Shown: positions 9,175 through 18,284 of the stretch, piece after piece
Layout: every line of letters begins with the position of its first letter
Position numbering within the stretch: position 1 is the first letter of the stretch
NCBI GenBank assembly: GCA_039630575.1
Contig: JBCNUW010000006.1
Coordinates: 13,780-77,779 of the forward strand
Direction of reading: 5' to 3'
DNA length: 64,000 nucleotides
Source: Candidatus Hydrothermales bacterium
GTDB lineage: Bacteria; Hydrothermota; Hydrothermia; Hydrothermales; JAJRUZ01
Notes under the pieces: model-generated
What the model was told of the DNA's origin: nothing
The model's input: the letters and a program-made list of their open reading frames with translations, nothing else
Databases searched by the model: none
Program-made: the position numbers and the translations under genes

Positions 9175-10169
9175 TATGATAATATCTCATTTATATAATT
9201 TTCAAAATTAAATTTTTCGATAACCCTTATTCTTGCCTTTTTACCTAATTCTAATCTTAAATCTTTATTTTTTATTAGAATTTCGATTTTATTCTTCAAA
9301 TCCATGAGGTCTTTATTTCTAACTAAAAAACCCGATATTCCATCTTCTATTATCTCAGGAATTGCTCTCTCACCAAAAGCAATACAAGGAAGTTCAGAGC
9401 TCATTGCCTCAATTAAGGAAAAACCAAGTGCCTCTCCATAGGAAGGAAAGACATAAATATCTGAAGCAAAAAGAAGTGGTCTTATATCCTCAGTGAATTC
9501 AAGAAAAAAAACATTTTTACCTTTTATTTTTTTTAAATCGTTATAATACCCTTTATCCTCAACATGACCTTGAAAAAAAAGTTTTATGTTTTCAAATTCT
9601 TTAGATAATTCATTGAAAACTATCAATAATTCCTTTTGCCCTTTTTTTTCTTCAATTCTTGAAGTGTTTGATATTACTATATCTTCATCCCTTATCTTAA
9701 ACTCATTCCTGAAACTTTTTCTCAAATTAATATCTTTCTTAAAGAATCCTGTATCTACACCAGGATAAATTAAAATTATCCTGTTTTCCTCTATTGGTAA
9801 ATTTTCATATAGTTCCTTTTTAACTATTTCTGATATTGCAAAAATTTTATCAATTTTTCTGTATATAATTCTATGATATAAATCTTTTTTTGAAACAGAA
9901 AGACCCATCATGTTAGTGTGATAAAATTTCTTTGCTTTCAATAAAAGAGAATAAACAAGATCCGATGATCTAAAAAAATGAACTATGTCCCATTTTCTTA
10001 AAAGAATTTCTCTAAATTTTAAAACCCTCAAATTTGTAAACAGTTCTGAAGATTTCGGAAAAAAAAGGTAAATATCAACATTTTTTTCTTTTAGCTTTTG
10101 TGCAATTTTAAGAAAGTATATCTCAAGTCCACCTTTTGATTTTGAATTGAGAAAATAAAGAACTTTCAT
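9162..10169 (-). CDS. Glycosyltransferase family 4
   Basis: GGLE, YPGVD, FPSYGEALGFSLIEAM (EX7E), EIIEDGISGFLV. Confidence 0.92.
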   Translation of the reverse strand: MKVLYFLNSKSKGGLEIYFLKIAQKLKEKNVDIYLFFPKSSELFTNLRVLKFREILLRKWDIVHFFRSSDLVYSLLLKAKKFYHTNMMGLSVSKKDLYHRIIYRKIDKIFAISEIVKKELYENLPIEENRIILIYPGVDTGFFKKDINLRKSFRNEFKIRDEDIVISNTSRIEEKKGQKELLIVFNELSKEFENIKLFFQGHVEDKGYYNDLKKIKGKNVFFLEFTEDIRPLLFASDIYVFPSYGEALGFSLIEAMSSELPCIAFGERAIPEIIEDGISGFLVRNKDLMDLKNKIEILIKNKDLRLELGKKARIRVIEKFNFENYINEILSYYSL

Positions 10170-10861
10170 TTAAATAAAAATACGTCCTCCTTTATTTTTT
10201 TCACACTGTAGCCTATATTAGAAAGAAAAAGAAAAGTATTTTTCTTTATATCCTCACCATGAAAGCTTATTAGAATTTTTGGTTTTTTAAGGTTTAAAAG
10301 GTTTACTGCACCTTTTAATACTTCAAATTCAGCACCCTCAACATCTATTTTAATGAAATCAGGAAAATATAGTTTTTTCTTAAAGCATAGGTAATCTAAA
10401 GTAAAGGCAGATACCTTTAAAATTCCGTTTTCTTTAATTTTGCCTTCAGTTCTATTATCTTTAACATCAAAGTTAAATTTTTTATTTTCAGAATAAACTG
10501 CTATATTTAAGATTTTAACATTTTTAATTCTGTTTAATCTTATATGTTCCTTTAAAAAGTAAAAATTCCTCGGTTCAGGTTCAAAAGAGTAAACTAATTT
10601 AGCAAATTTTGAAAATAAAAGAGTGTAGTAACCTATATGGGCACCTACGTCATAGTATACTATGTTATGTTCTAATTCTTTTGTTAATTTTTTAATAACT
10701 TCTTTCTCATATATTCCTAACCATTGTGAAATGAGTCCTGAACCATAAACGATTCTTAAATTTTTTACTGGTCCTGTCAAAATTCTAACTTTACTTCTTA
10801 GAGGAATTGTTCTGAAAGGTATTCTGATTAGTTTTCCTAAATTTGTTCTATAATGAAAAAT
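10166..10861 (-). CDS. FkbM family methyltransferase (start uncertain: ATT 10861 proposed, first TTG at 10780)
   Basis: YDVGAHIGYYT, FEPEPRN, FIKIDVEGAEFEVLKG. The track's ATG at 10903 lies inside tRNA-Gly. Confidence 0.85.
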   Translation of the reverse strand: MFHYRTNLGKLIRIPFRTIPLRSKVRILTGPVKNLRIVYGSGLISQWLGIYEKEVIKKLTKELEHNIVYYDVGAHIGYYTLLFSKFAKLVYSFEPEPRNFYFLKEHIRLNRIKNVKILNIAVYSENKKFNFDVKDNRTEGKIKENGILKVSAFTLDYLCFKKKLYFPDFIKIDVEGAEFEVLKGAVNLLNLKKPKILISFHGEDIKKNTFLFLSNIGYSVKKIKEDVFLFK

Positions 10862-10873
10862 ATTATTAAAAAA

Positions 10874-10946
<73 letters not shown>

Positions 10947-10954
10947 TTTTTTAT

Positions 10955-10983
10955 ATTATAAATTAAATTTTTTTAAAAATCAA
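10955..10983 (-). promoter_or_regulatory. sigma70 promoter of tRNA-Gly and downstream genes
   Basis: TTGATT-N17-TATAAT, 8 nt before the tRNA 5' end. Confidence 0.75.
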
Positions 10984-10985
10984 AA

Positions 10986-11573
10986 CTATTTTTTTGCTTT
11001 TACATATATATTAAATCCAAATTCAAAGTAACCTGCTTCAATATTTTTCTCACTAAAACCTGCCTTCATTAAAAATTTTATTATTTCTTTTTTTGTGAAA
11101 AGTTTTTTATGTTCCAAAATCTCTTCATGACTTACAATCTTTAGTCTTGCCATGGTTTTTAAAATGAAATCAGAGAAATAATTTGGTGTTGTTAAGATCA
11201 AAAATCCTCCTTTCTTTAAAATTCTTTTTATTTCTTTAAAGACTTTTAAAATTTTTGTTCTTTCTATATGTTCAAAAACTGCCAAGGAAGTAACAACATC
11301 AAATGTTTCATCCTTAAAAGGAAGATAATCAATTTTTTCAATATTTACATTTATAATTCTTATTTCTTTGACATTTTCCGATTTTATTTTATCAATACCT
11401 ATTTTGGTTTTAAAGTTAGTTTTTGTTAAAAAATATGGGAAAAGTCCACAACCAATGTCAAGTATTGAACCTGATCTTTTATCAATCGGTATTAAAGAGT
11501 CAGCTTTCTTTGCTCTCAATACCGCTAAATAGTTTTCAATAAAAGATGAACCCCTTGTATATTTTTTCTTCAT
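10986..11573 (-). CDS. Class I SAM-dependent methyltransferase (Methyltransf_11-like)
   Basis: ILDIGCG; LPFKDETFDVVTSLAVFEH; RILKKGG. TATAAT-N7-ATG upstream. Confidence 0.9.
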   Translation of the reverse strand: MKKKYTRGSSFIENYLAVLRAKKADSLIPIDKRSGSILDIGCGLFPYFLTKTNFKTKIGIDKIKSENVKEIRIINVNIEKIDYLPFKDETFDVVTSLAVFEHIERTKILKVFKEIKRILKKGGFLILTTPNYFSDFILKTMARLKIVSHEEILEHKKLFTKKEIIKFLMKAGFSEKNIEAGYFEFGFNIYVKAKK

Positions 11574-11628
11574 TTTTTTTATTATAAGTCAATTGATTGA
11601 AGAATTTAATTTGGTTTATCATAAAATT

Positions 11629-13269
11629 TTGAAAAAATTTATTTTAATTGTCCGGTTTTTTTATATTCTATTTGTAATCTTTGGTCTTATCTTAATAGTT
11701 ACTTCTTTTGGTATAACCTTTTTAAAAATAAAACCATCCGGATTTGAGCCTATACAGCCTTTTCTTCTTATTTCAGGAATACTTTTTATAATTTTATCCT
11801 ACTCACTCAATCTTTTTTTCAAGAAAAGAATAAAAAAGCTATATACTATCTCAGCCATATTTTCAATTTTCTCTTTTCTCTTAGGATATTGGTATATTGG
11901 TGTAGAAGAAAGATTTAATCCAGTTCTATATGGATTTTTTAATAAATTCTGGGTGGTTTTAGCAATTTTAATTATATTTTTTATTTTTTGTCTTTTTCTT
12001 TTCTTTGCGCTATTTTCCCTTAGATTAGTATTAAAAGAAAAAAAATTTATAAAACCATTTATATTTTCACACTTATATATAGTTTTACTTATCTTTTTTT
12101 CTTGTCTAATACTTGAGAAATTGAGTTCTTTTACAGTTCCACCTTGGCCTTACTATAAACTGAGACCTATGCTAGTAACAAAGGAATGGGCTCAAAGGAT
12201 TGGAGGGAAGTTTAACTCCTTTGGTTTAAGGGATAAAGAAAGAAAGATCAGAAAGTCTTACGGTAAAAAGAGAATAATTTTTTTAGGAGATTCATTTTTA
12301 GAGGGAATTTTTTGTAAGAATACCCTTTCAGGATATTGTGAGGATTCTCTTTTAAAGTTTGGTATTAATTTCATTGAATGTGTAAATTTTGGTGTTAGTA
12401 ATACAGATATAAGACATTACTTTTATAGGTTAAAAGAGATTGGACTTAAGATGTCTCCTGATGCTGTTTTTTTATTTTTTGCATCTCAGAATGATTTTGT
12501 TAAAGTAGGTTATGGTAATAAGCCTATACCACTTGTAGCTGAGCATCCTTTACCTTCCTTGTTAGGAAAGTTAATGCCTCGTTTTACCTGGTTAGTAATA
12601 AATAGAACTCAATTTCCCCTTTTTGTTTCAAAAGCAAGGAAAGTTAAAGATGAGTTTGAATATTTAAAAGAGGTTGCAAGATTACCTTATAGTGAGGGTG
12701 TTAGATTGCTTTCAGAGTATATGAGTAAATTTTATTTTCCTGATGTTCATCCGGAAAAAATAGAGGAAATCTTACGTAGGGGAGGAGAGAATTTGTGGAA
12801 TGAATTAAAAGAAAAAAAGGAGGATCAAGAATATTTGACCGGAAAATGGATTGAAAGCTTGATAAAAAGCGCCTTAAGAAAAGAAAAGAAAGGTAGAATG
12901 GATACCAAAGTTGATTTTAAAATGGTAGAAGCGACAGCAAGTTGGATTTTAAAGATGAACGAGGAGTTAAAGAAAAAAAATATAGTTTTATATGTTTTTC
13001 TAATCCCTTTTGCAATAGATGTTGACCCTTCTTATAAAGAATACTTTAAAGCTTTTATAAATGAAGAAGATTTTAAATCTCAGAGGATTTTAAGAGAAAG
13101 ACTTTTTGATCTACTTAAAAGTAAAGGTGTGAATGTTATAGATTTAAAAGAAGTCTTAAATGGAATAGAAAGGTCTTACAGGAAGTGGGACAGTCACTTT
13201 ACTGAAAAAGGTCATAGGATTGTAGCCAAAAAAGTTTTGGAAATTATAGATATTCTTTTTTTAAAATAG
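11629..13269 (+). CDS. Membrane-anchored SGNH/GDSL (AlgX/AlgJ-like) protein
   Basis: N-terminal TM helices; FNSFGLRD, FLGDSF, NFGVS, WDSHF. Start proposed at TTG 11629 (MKKFIL...) after TTGATT-N18-TATCAT-N6; track start is 11593. Confidence 0.82.
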   Translation: MKKFILIVRFFYILFVIFGLILIVTSFGITFLKIKPSGFEPIQPFLLISGILFIILSYSLNLFFKKRIKKLYTISAIFSIFSFLLGYWYIGVEERFNPVLYGFFNKFWVVLAILIIFFIFCLFLFFALFSLRLVLKEKKFIKPFIFSHLYIVLLIFFSCLILEKLSSFTVPPWPYYKLRPMLVTKEWAQRIGGKFNSFGLRDKERKIRKSYGKKRIIFLGDSFLEGIFCKNTLSGYCEDSLLKFGINFIECVNFGVSNTDIRHYFYRLKEIGLKMSPDAVFLFFASQNDFVKVGYGNKPIPLVAEHPLPSLLGKLMPRFTWLVINRTQFPLFVSKARKVKDEFEYLKEVARLPYSEGVRLLSEYMSKFYFPDVHPEKIEEILRRGGENLWNELKEKKEDQEYLTGKWIESLIKSALRKEKKGRMDTKVDFKMVEATASWILKMNEELKKKNIVLYVFLIPFAIDVDPSYKEYFKAFINEEDFKSQRILRERLFDLLKSKGVNVIDLKEVLNGIERSYRKWDSHFTEKGHRIVAKKVLEIIDILFLK

Positions 13270-13273
13270 ATTT

Positions 13274-13477
13274 ATGAAGAATTTTTTGCAAAACTTTTAT
13301 AACTTTTTTGTTTCCTTTTCTATTCGATTCAGAGTAGCAAAGGCTCTTTTGTTTTTTCTATGGAGAAATAGAATGTGGTGGTTAATTCCTATAGTTTTGA
13401 TATTGCTTATATTTTTCTTTTTTGTTATTTTCTTGCAATCAAGTCCCCTTGGTCCTTTTATATATACTTTGTTTTAG
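13274..13477 (+). CDS. DUF5989/SxtK-like small membrane protein
   Basis: Characteristic WWLIPIV...QSSPLGPFIYTLF C-terminus. Confidence 0.85.
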   Translation: MKNFLQNFYNFFVSFSIRFRVAKALLFFLWRNRMWWLIPIVLILLIFFFFVIFLQSSPLGPFIYTLF

Positions 13478-13486
13478 GACTTAGAA

Positions 13487-13711
13487 ATGAAGAAATTCTC
13501 AGAAACTTTTTTTAAAATTTTAAAAGGTTTTTTTACCTTTATATTTGAATTAATTATAGGAATCTTTCTTTTACTTTTCTATTATTCAATTTTTGGAATA
13601 GTTGCAGTATTTTATCGATTATTAAACCCTATTTACAAAAAGGAAAAATCAACTTGGTTGAAAAGTAAAATTGTGAGTCAAGGTTTGAAAGATTTTGAAA
13701 GTGAAGGATAG
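13487..13711 (+). CDS. SxtJ-like small membrane protein
   Basis: TM segment LLLFYYSIFGIVAVFYRLL and KSTW motif; lies between DUF5989 and the carbamoyltransferase. Confidence 0.7.
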   Translation: MKKFSETFFKILKGFFTFIFELIIGIFLLLFYYSIFGIVAVFYRLLNPIYKKEKSTWLKSKIVSQGLKDFESEG

Positions 13712-13716
13712 TAAAA

Positions 13717-15531
13717 ATGGCAAGAATCCTTGGTCTTTCTTTCTTTTATCATGATTCAGCTGCAGCACTAACTATAGATGGCGAGCCAGTTGCATTAGCA
13801 CAGGAAGAGCGTTTTTCAAGAAAGAAGGGTGATGCAGGCTTTCCTGAAAAGTCTATTGAATTTCTCTTAAAAGAAGCTGGTCTTTTAAGTAAAGATCTTG
13901 ATTATGTTGTTTTCTATGAAAAACCTTTCTTGAAATTTGAAAGAGTGATTAAGACTCAGATTTTTAATTTTCCCTTTCATCCTTTTGTTTTTGCTGCTTC
14001 AATGAGAAATCTTTTAGGTGAGAAGTTATGGATAAGAGAGATCATATGCAACAAATTAAAAATATCACCAAAAAAGGTATTATTTTGTTCTCACCATTTA
14101 TCCCATGCATCTTCTGCTTTTTTCCCTTCTCCTTTCGAAGAGGCAGCTATTCTTACTGTTGATGGAGTTGGGGAGTGGACTACAACAGCAATAAGTATAG
14201 GGCGCGGCAACAATATTGAAATGATCAGGGAGATTTATTTCCCCCATTCCCTTGGTTTACTTTATTCTACCTTTACAGCCTTTTTGGGTTTTGAGATAAA
14301 TGAAGGTGAGTATAAGGTTATGGGAATGGCTCCTTATGGTTATCCAAAGTATGTTGATGAAGTAAAGAAACTTATTAATCTTTATAATGATGGTTCTTTT
14401 AGTTTAAATCTTGATTATTTTTCTTTTCATAAGTCTCTTGACAGGACTTATTCAGACAAGTTTTTGAAGCTATTTGGTAAGCCTCGTAAACCTGGGTCCA
14501 AGTTTTTTACCCGTGAAACTGGTTGGCCAAGTTACTTTGGAGAAAAACCAGATAAATACGAATATGAAAAGCAAGCCATAGAACAGGAAAATTATGCAAA
14601 CATAGCAGCTTCAATTCAGAATGTTTTAGAAGAAGCTCTTATAAATTTGGCAAGAGAAGCTTATAATATAACTAATCTTAAATACTTATGCTTAGGAGGG
14701 GGAGTTTCATTAAATTCTGTAGCCAACTGGAAGATTTTTAAAAATCTTCCTTTTGAAGAAATATTTATACAACCTGCTGCTGGGGATGCTGGTGGAGCTT
14801 TAGGAGCTGCGTTAAGTGTAGAGCATATTATGCTTGGTTCAAAGAGGAAGTTTGTTATGAAAAGCGCCTCTTTTGGAAAGAGTTATTCAATAGAAGAAAT
14901 TAATCTCTTTTTATCTAAAAACAACATAAAAAATATTGCAACCTATTACGAAGATGAAGATAAGTTAATAGAAAAAGTTGTGGAGGATCTTTTGGATGGA
15001 AAAGTAGTTGGGTGGTTTCATGGAAAATTTGAGTGGGGGCCAAGGGCACTTGGTAACAGATCAATTCTTGCTGATCCGAGAATAAAGGAAATGAAAGATA
15101 TTGTTAATACGAAAATTAAGTTTAGAGAACCTTATAGACCGTTTGCTCCCTCAGTGCTTATAGAACATGCAGAAGAGTTTTTTGAAGTTACAGAAAAGGA
15201 AAAATTACATTATCCTTTCAGATTTATGCTCTATGTAGTTCCCGTTAAAAAAGACAAATGGGAAAAGATTAAAGCAGTTACTCATGTTGATTTTTCAGCA
15301 AGACCCCAATTTGTATATAGAGAAGAAAATCCAAGATACTATAAACTTATTTCAAAATTCTATAAAGAAACAGGTATTCCTATGATCCTTAACACTTCTT
15401 TTAATTTGAAGGGTGAACCTATTGTAAATTCACCTGAAGATGCCTTTTCGACTTTTATTAGAAGTGGTTTGGATGTCCTTGTGATTGAGAATTTTATAAT
15501 AAAGAAAGATTCTCTTCTTTATGAAAAATGA
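13717..15531 (+). CDS. O-carbamoyltransferase (NodU/CmcH/SxtI family)
   Basis: YHDSAA, QEERFSR, HHLSHA, DGVGE, EYKVMG, GGVSLN, EWGPRALGNRS, KFREPYRPFAP, THVD.SAR, NTSFN. Confidence 0.95.
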   Translation: MARILGLSFFYHDSAAALTIDGEPVALAQEERFSRKKGDAGFPEKSIEFLLKEAGLLSKDLDYVVFYEKPFLKFERVIKTQIFNFPFHPFVFAASMRNLLGEKLWIREIICNKLKISPKKVLFCSHHLSHASSAFFPSPFEEAAILTVDGVGEWTTTAISIGRGNNIEMIREIYFPHSLGLLYSTFTAFLGFEINEGEYKVMGMAPYGYPKYVDEVKKLINLYNDGSFSLNLDYFSFHKSLDRTYSDKFLKLFGKPRKPGSKFFTRETGWPSYFGEKPDKYEYEKQAIEQENYANIAASIQNVLEEALINLAREAYNITNLKYLCLGGGVSLNSVANWKIFKNLPFEEIFIQPAAGDAGGALGAALSVEHIMLGSKRKFVMKSASFGKSYSIEEINLFLSKNNIKNIATYYEDEDKLIEKVVEDLLDGKVVGWFHGKFEWGPRALGNRSILADPRIKEMKDIVNTKIKFREPYRPFAPSVLIEHAEEFFEVTEKEKLHYPFRFMLYVVPVKKDKWEKIKAVTHVDFSARPQFVYREENPRYYKLISKFYKETGIPMILNTSFNLKGEPIVNSPEDAFSTFIRSGLDVLVIENFIIKKDSLLYEK

Positions 15532-16909
15532 GAAATTAGTTTTCCTTCTTTCAATAATTTTTTATATTTTTATTTATTTTCTGTTTTATCCTTCTTTTTA
15601 TTCCTTTGTTGATGAAAGAGTTTACATAATACAGGCTCAAAGGCTCTTAGAGCTAAAATTGAATTTTCCCGAATGGACAAGTGGTTTTGCTATATATGAA
15701 GGTAGAATCGGAGTTACATCACGTTATCCCCCTTATTATTCCCTTCTGTTTCTTTCGATTCCCTTAAATTTTGGATTAGATTATATTTTTTTAGTATCAC
15801 TTTTTATCCATATTGCTTCAAGTTTTCTTTTCTACAAAATTTTAGAAATCTATAAAATTAATCCTTTATTTTCTATTTTTTATATTTTTCACCCTTCTTT
15901 TGTTCTATTTTCAAGAACAGTAATGGCTGATTTTCCTTCCTCTTTTTTGTTTCTGTTAACTTTTTATCTTCATTTAAAACAGAGGTATCTTTTTTCCTAT
16001 ATAACTTTTTTTCTTTTTTCTCTTTTAAAGCCAACTAATTTTTTATACTCGTTTATTTTCATTTATGACTCTTTAATTAAAAGAGAGTATAAGAATTTAA
16101 TACACTATTTTATCCTGACTTTTCTCTCTGTTTCTTTGATTTTCATTTATATTTTTTTTGTATATGGTAGAAAACATCCTGGTTTCGATTTTTCTATTAA
16201 TTATTTTTGGGGAAATTTAAGAACCTACTTCTTTTACCTTAATATAAATTATCCTTTACTATTAATTATTGGACTGTTGGGAATAAAAAAAATTAATAAT
16301 TTAAAAATTTTGCTACCTAGTTTTTTACCTTCTATTTTAGTTTTTCTTTTTTATGTTTATCGTTATGAAATACCTGAAAATATAATATTATCTTCTATTG
16401 CTGGTTTAAGATTCTTTTTGCCTTTTTTAACATTTCTCCTTATTGGATATTCAAAAAATTTTCATATGATTTTTAAGGATAAATTAGAAAAATTTTTTAT
16501 TGTTTCTGTTTTTCCTGCTTTTTTAATTTTTACATTCGTTATGATGAAAAAGCATAACGAATATCTGTTAAATTTCAAAGAAACAAAAGATCTTGTTTAT
16601 AGATACACAAAAGAAGATGATCTACTTGTTACTCACCTTGAAGTTTCTAAATTGCTTTTGCCAGTTTGGGGTAAAAGAGAAAATATGCACTTTACTGACT
16701 TTAAAAAATTTACATTTTATGAAAATTTAGTAAAGAGAAAAAAAGATTTACCTGACTCTTTCTTACTAGTTTACAGTTTAAAATCAGCTGAGAAAAATCT
16801 TTCTTTTATTAAAGTCTATGCTGATTCAATTTTAAAGATTTTTCCCAAAAATTATCTTTTGTTTCATAATGATTATCTTTACATTTTCCGTGTTTATAAA
16901 AACTTTTAA
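15521..16909 (+). CDS. Polytopic GT-C-fold glycosyltransferase-like membrane protein
   Basis: DE motif after TM1 (FVDERVY), SRYPP, many TM helices, soluble C-terminal domain. Confidence 0.65.
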   Translation: MKNEKLVFLLSIIFYIFIYFLFYPSFYSFVDERVYIIQAQRLLELKLNFPEWTSGFAIYEGRIGVTSRYPPYYSLLFLSIPLNFGLDYIFLVSLFIHIASSFLFYKILEIYKINPLFSIFYIFHPSFVLFSRTVMADFPSSFLFLLTFYLHLKQRYLFSYITFFLFSLLKPTNFLYSFIFIYDSLIKREYKNLIHYFILTFLSVSLIFIYIFFVYGRKHPGFDFSINYFWGNLRTYFFYLNINYPLLLIIGLLGIKKINNLKILLPSFLPSILVFLFYVYRYEIPENIILSSIAGLRFFLPFLTFLLIGYSKNFHMIFKDKLEKFFIVSVFPAFLIFTFVMMKKHNEYLLNFKETKDLVYRYTKEDDLLVTHLEVSKLLLPVWGKRENMHFTDFKKFTFYENLVKRKKDLPDSFLLVYSLKSAEKNLSFIKVYADSILKIFPKNYLLFHNDYLYIFRVYKNF

Positions 16910-18284
16910 TCCACATCCCAATAGAACTCCAAAATATAACACCTATTAGATATTGAGTTAAAAGTTGACCTATGGAAATAAAAAGTATTAAAATTAGTGG
17001 AAATTTTACATTCTCTTTTATATCTCTGGTTGAATTAATACTTTTAAAAATAATTGATACAACAAGATAGATAAGTAGAAAACCTCCTATGATTCCACAT
17101 GCTGAAAACATTCCAAAAAAAGTTGAATCACCTGTAGCAGGAAAACCACCTAATCTTACAGATGCTCTTGTTGCAACTCCTAGACCTGCGCCAAATGGGT
17201 TCTTAGTAAAAGTGTGTATTAATACCTTTTTCCATGTTTCTAATCTAGGATAAATTGAGGATCCTCTCATCAGTGGGTCAAAGATTCCCTGTAAAAACCT
17301 TCCAGTATATGTTTTTGAATTATAAGTTGAGGAAAAGTCAACAGTAGATACAATAATTGTAAACAAAAATGCAAATATTAAAGAAAATTTTATGAAATTT
17401 TTCATATTGTTACTTTTGTTTAATATTATTAGAAAAATGGAAGAAATTAAAAAGGCATAAATTGAAGATCTCACTCCAGATATGATAACCCCTATTAAAA
17501 ATAGCAATGTAAGTAAATATTTTAATTTATTTTTTATAAAAAATAGGCTTACAATAGCAGAAATTCCCATAAACTGACCAAATTCTGAGATACTTGAAAA
17601 AAAAGAAAAGGGCCTTATGTTTCCACCTAATATTTCAAGAACCTGAGTGTATTCACCCTTTATACTGAAAAGCCATTTTTTTTCAAAGAAAAAGAATTTT
17701 GCTTTTAGTTGAAAGTAAGAATATATTAATGAAATTAAACCTGTAATAATAATAAAATACCTTATTCTTTTAAAGTTTTTGTTTTCTATTATATATGCAA
17801 AATAAGAAAAAAGCGAAGGCAGAAGTAGAAACTTTGTTCCTCCAAAACCAGAAAATAAAGATCCCTGTATAGGGTTAAAAACTTGAATAAACATTACAAC
17901 TTGTAAGAAAAATAAAATTTTAAATTCAGTATATGAAAGCAACTTTTTAAATTCATCAATTTTTGAAATGAAAAGATAGGTAAACAAGAATAAAGTCAAA
18001 ATATCGGGTACAAGATAAAGGAGTTCAATTGGCTGATACTCTTCATAGATTAGTATTAATCTTCTTAAAAAAGGCATAAAAAGTAAGTAAGTTAATATGT
18101 AAAAAAAACCTAAAGAGAGATTTAAAATTATTAGAACAGTGCCGAGAAAAGTGAAAAAAATAAATAGAAAGTTTCTTATATTTAAGTTAATCAAAAAGTT
18201 AATTTCTATAAATGAAACAATAATTGTAATGATTATTAAAAATAAATTAATATTTTTTAAAATTCTTCCCTTAAATCTATCCAT
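16809..18284 (-). CDS. O-antigen polymerase/ligase-like (Wzy/WaaL) membrane protein, paralogue B
   Basis: IRPFSFFSS, SGVRS, RLETW, NPFGAGLG, DSTFF. Start moved to ATG 18284 because the track start overlaps the upstream paralogue by 121 nt. Confidence 0.75.
   Translation of the reverse strand: MDRFKGRILKNINLFLIIITIIVSFIEINFLINLNIRNFLFIFFTFLGTVLIILNLSLGFFYILTYLLFMPFLRRLILIYEEYQPIELLYLVPDILTLFLFTYLFISKIDEFKKLLSYTEFKILFFLQVVMFIQVFNPIQGSLFSGFGGTKFLLLPSLFSYFAYIIENKNFKRIRYFIIITGLISLIYSYFQLKAKFFFFEKKWLFSIKGEYTQVLEILGGNIRPFSFFSSISEFGQFMGISAIVSLFFIKNKLKYLLTLLFLIGVIISGVRSSIYAFLISSIFLIILNKSNNMKNFIKFSLIFAFLFTIIVSTVDFSSTYNSKTYTGRFLQGIFDPLMRGSSIYPRLETWKKVLIHTFTKNPFGAGLGVATRASVRLGGFPATGDSTFFGMFSACGIIGGFLLIYLVVSIIFKSINSTRDIKENVKFPLILILFISIGQLLTQYLIGVIFWSSIGMWIKSFYKHGKCKDNHYETKDNFWEKSLKLNQHRL

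Noticed and set aside
13274..15531. Saxitoxin biosynthesis suggested by sxtI/J/K-like genes
   Set aside because: No sxtA, sxtG or other core genes; the context is glycan modification.
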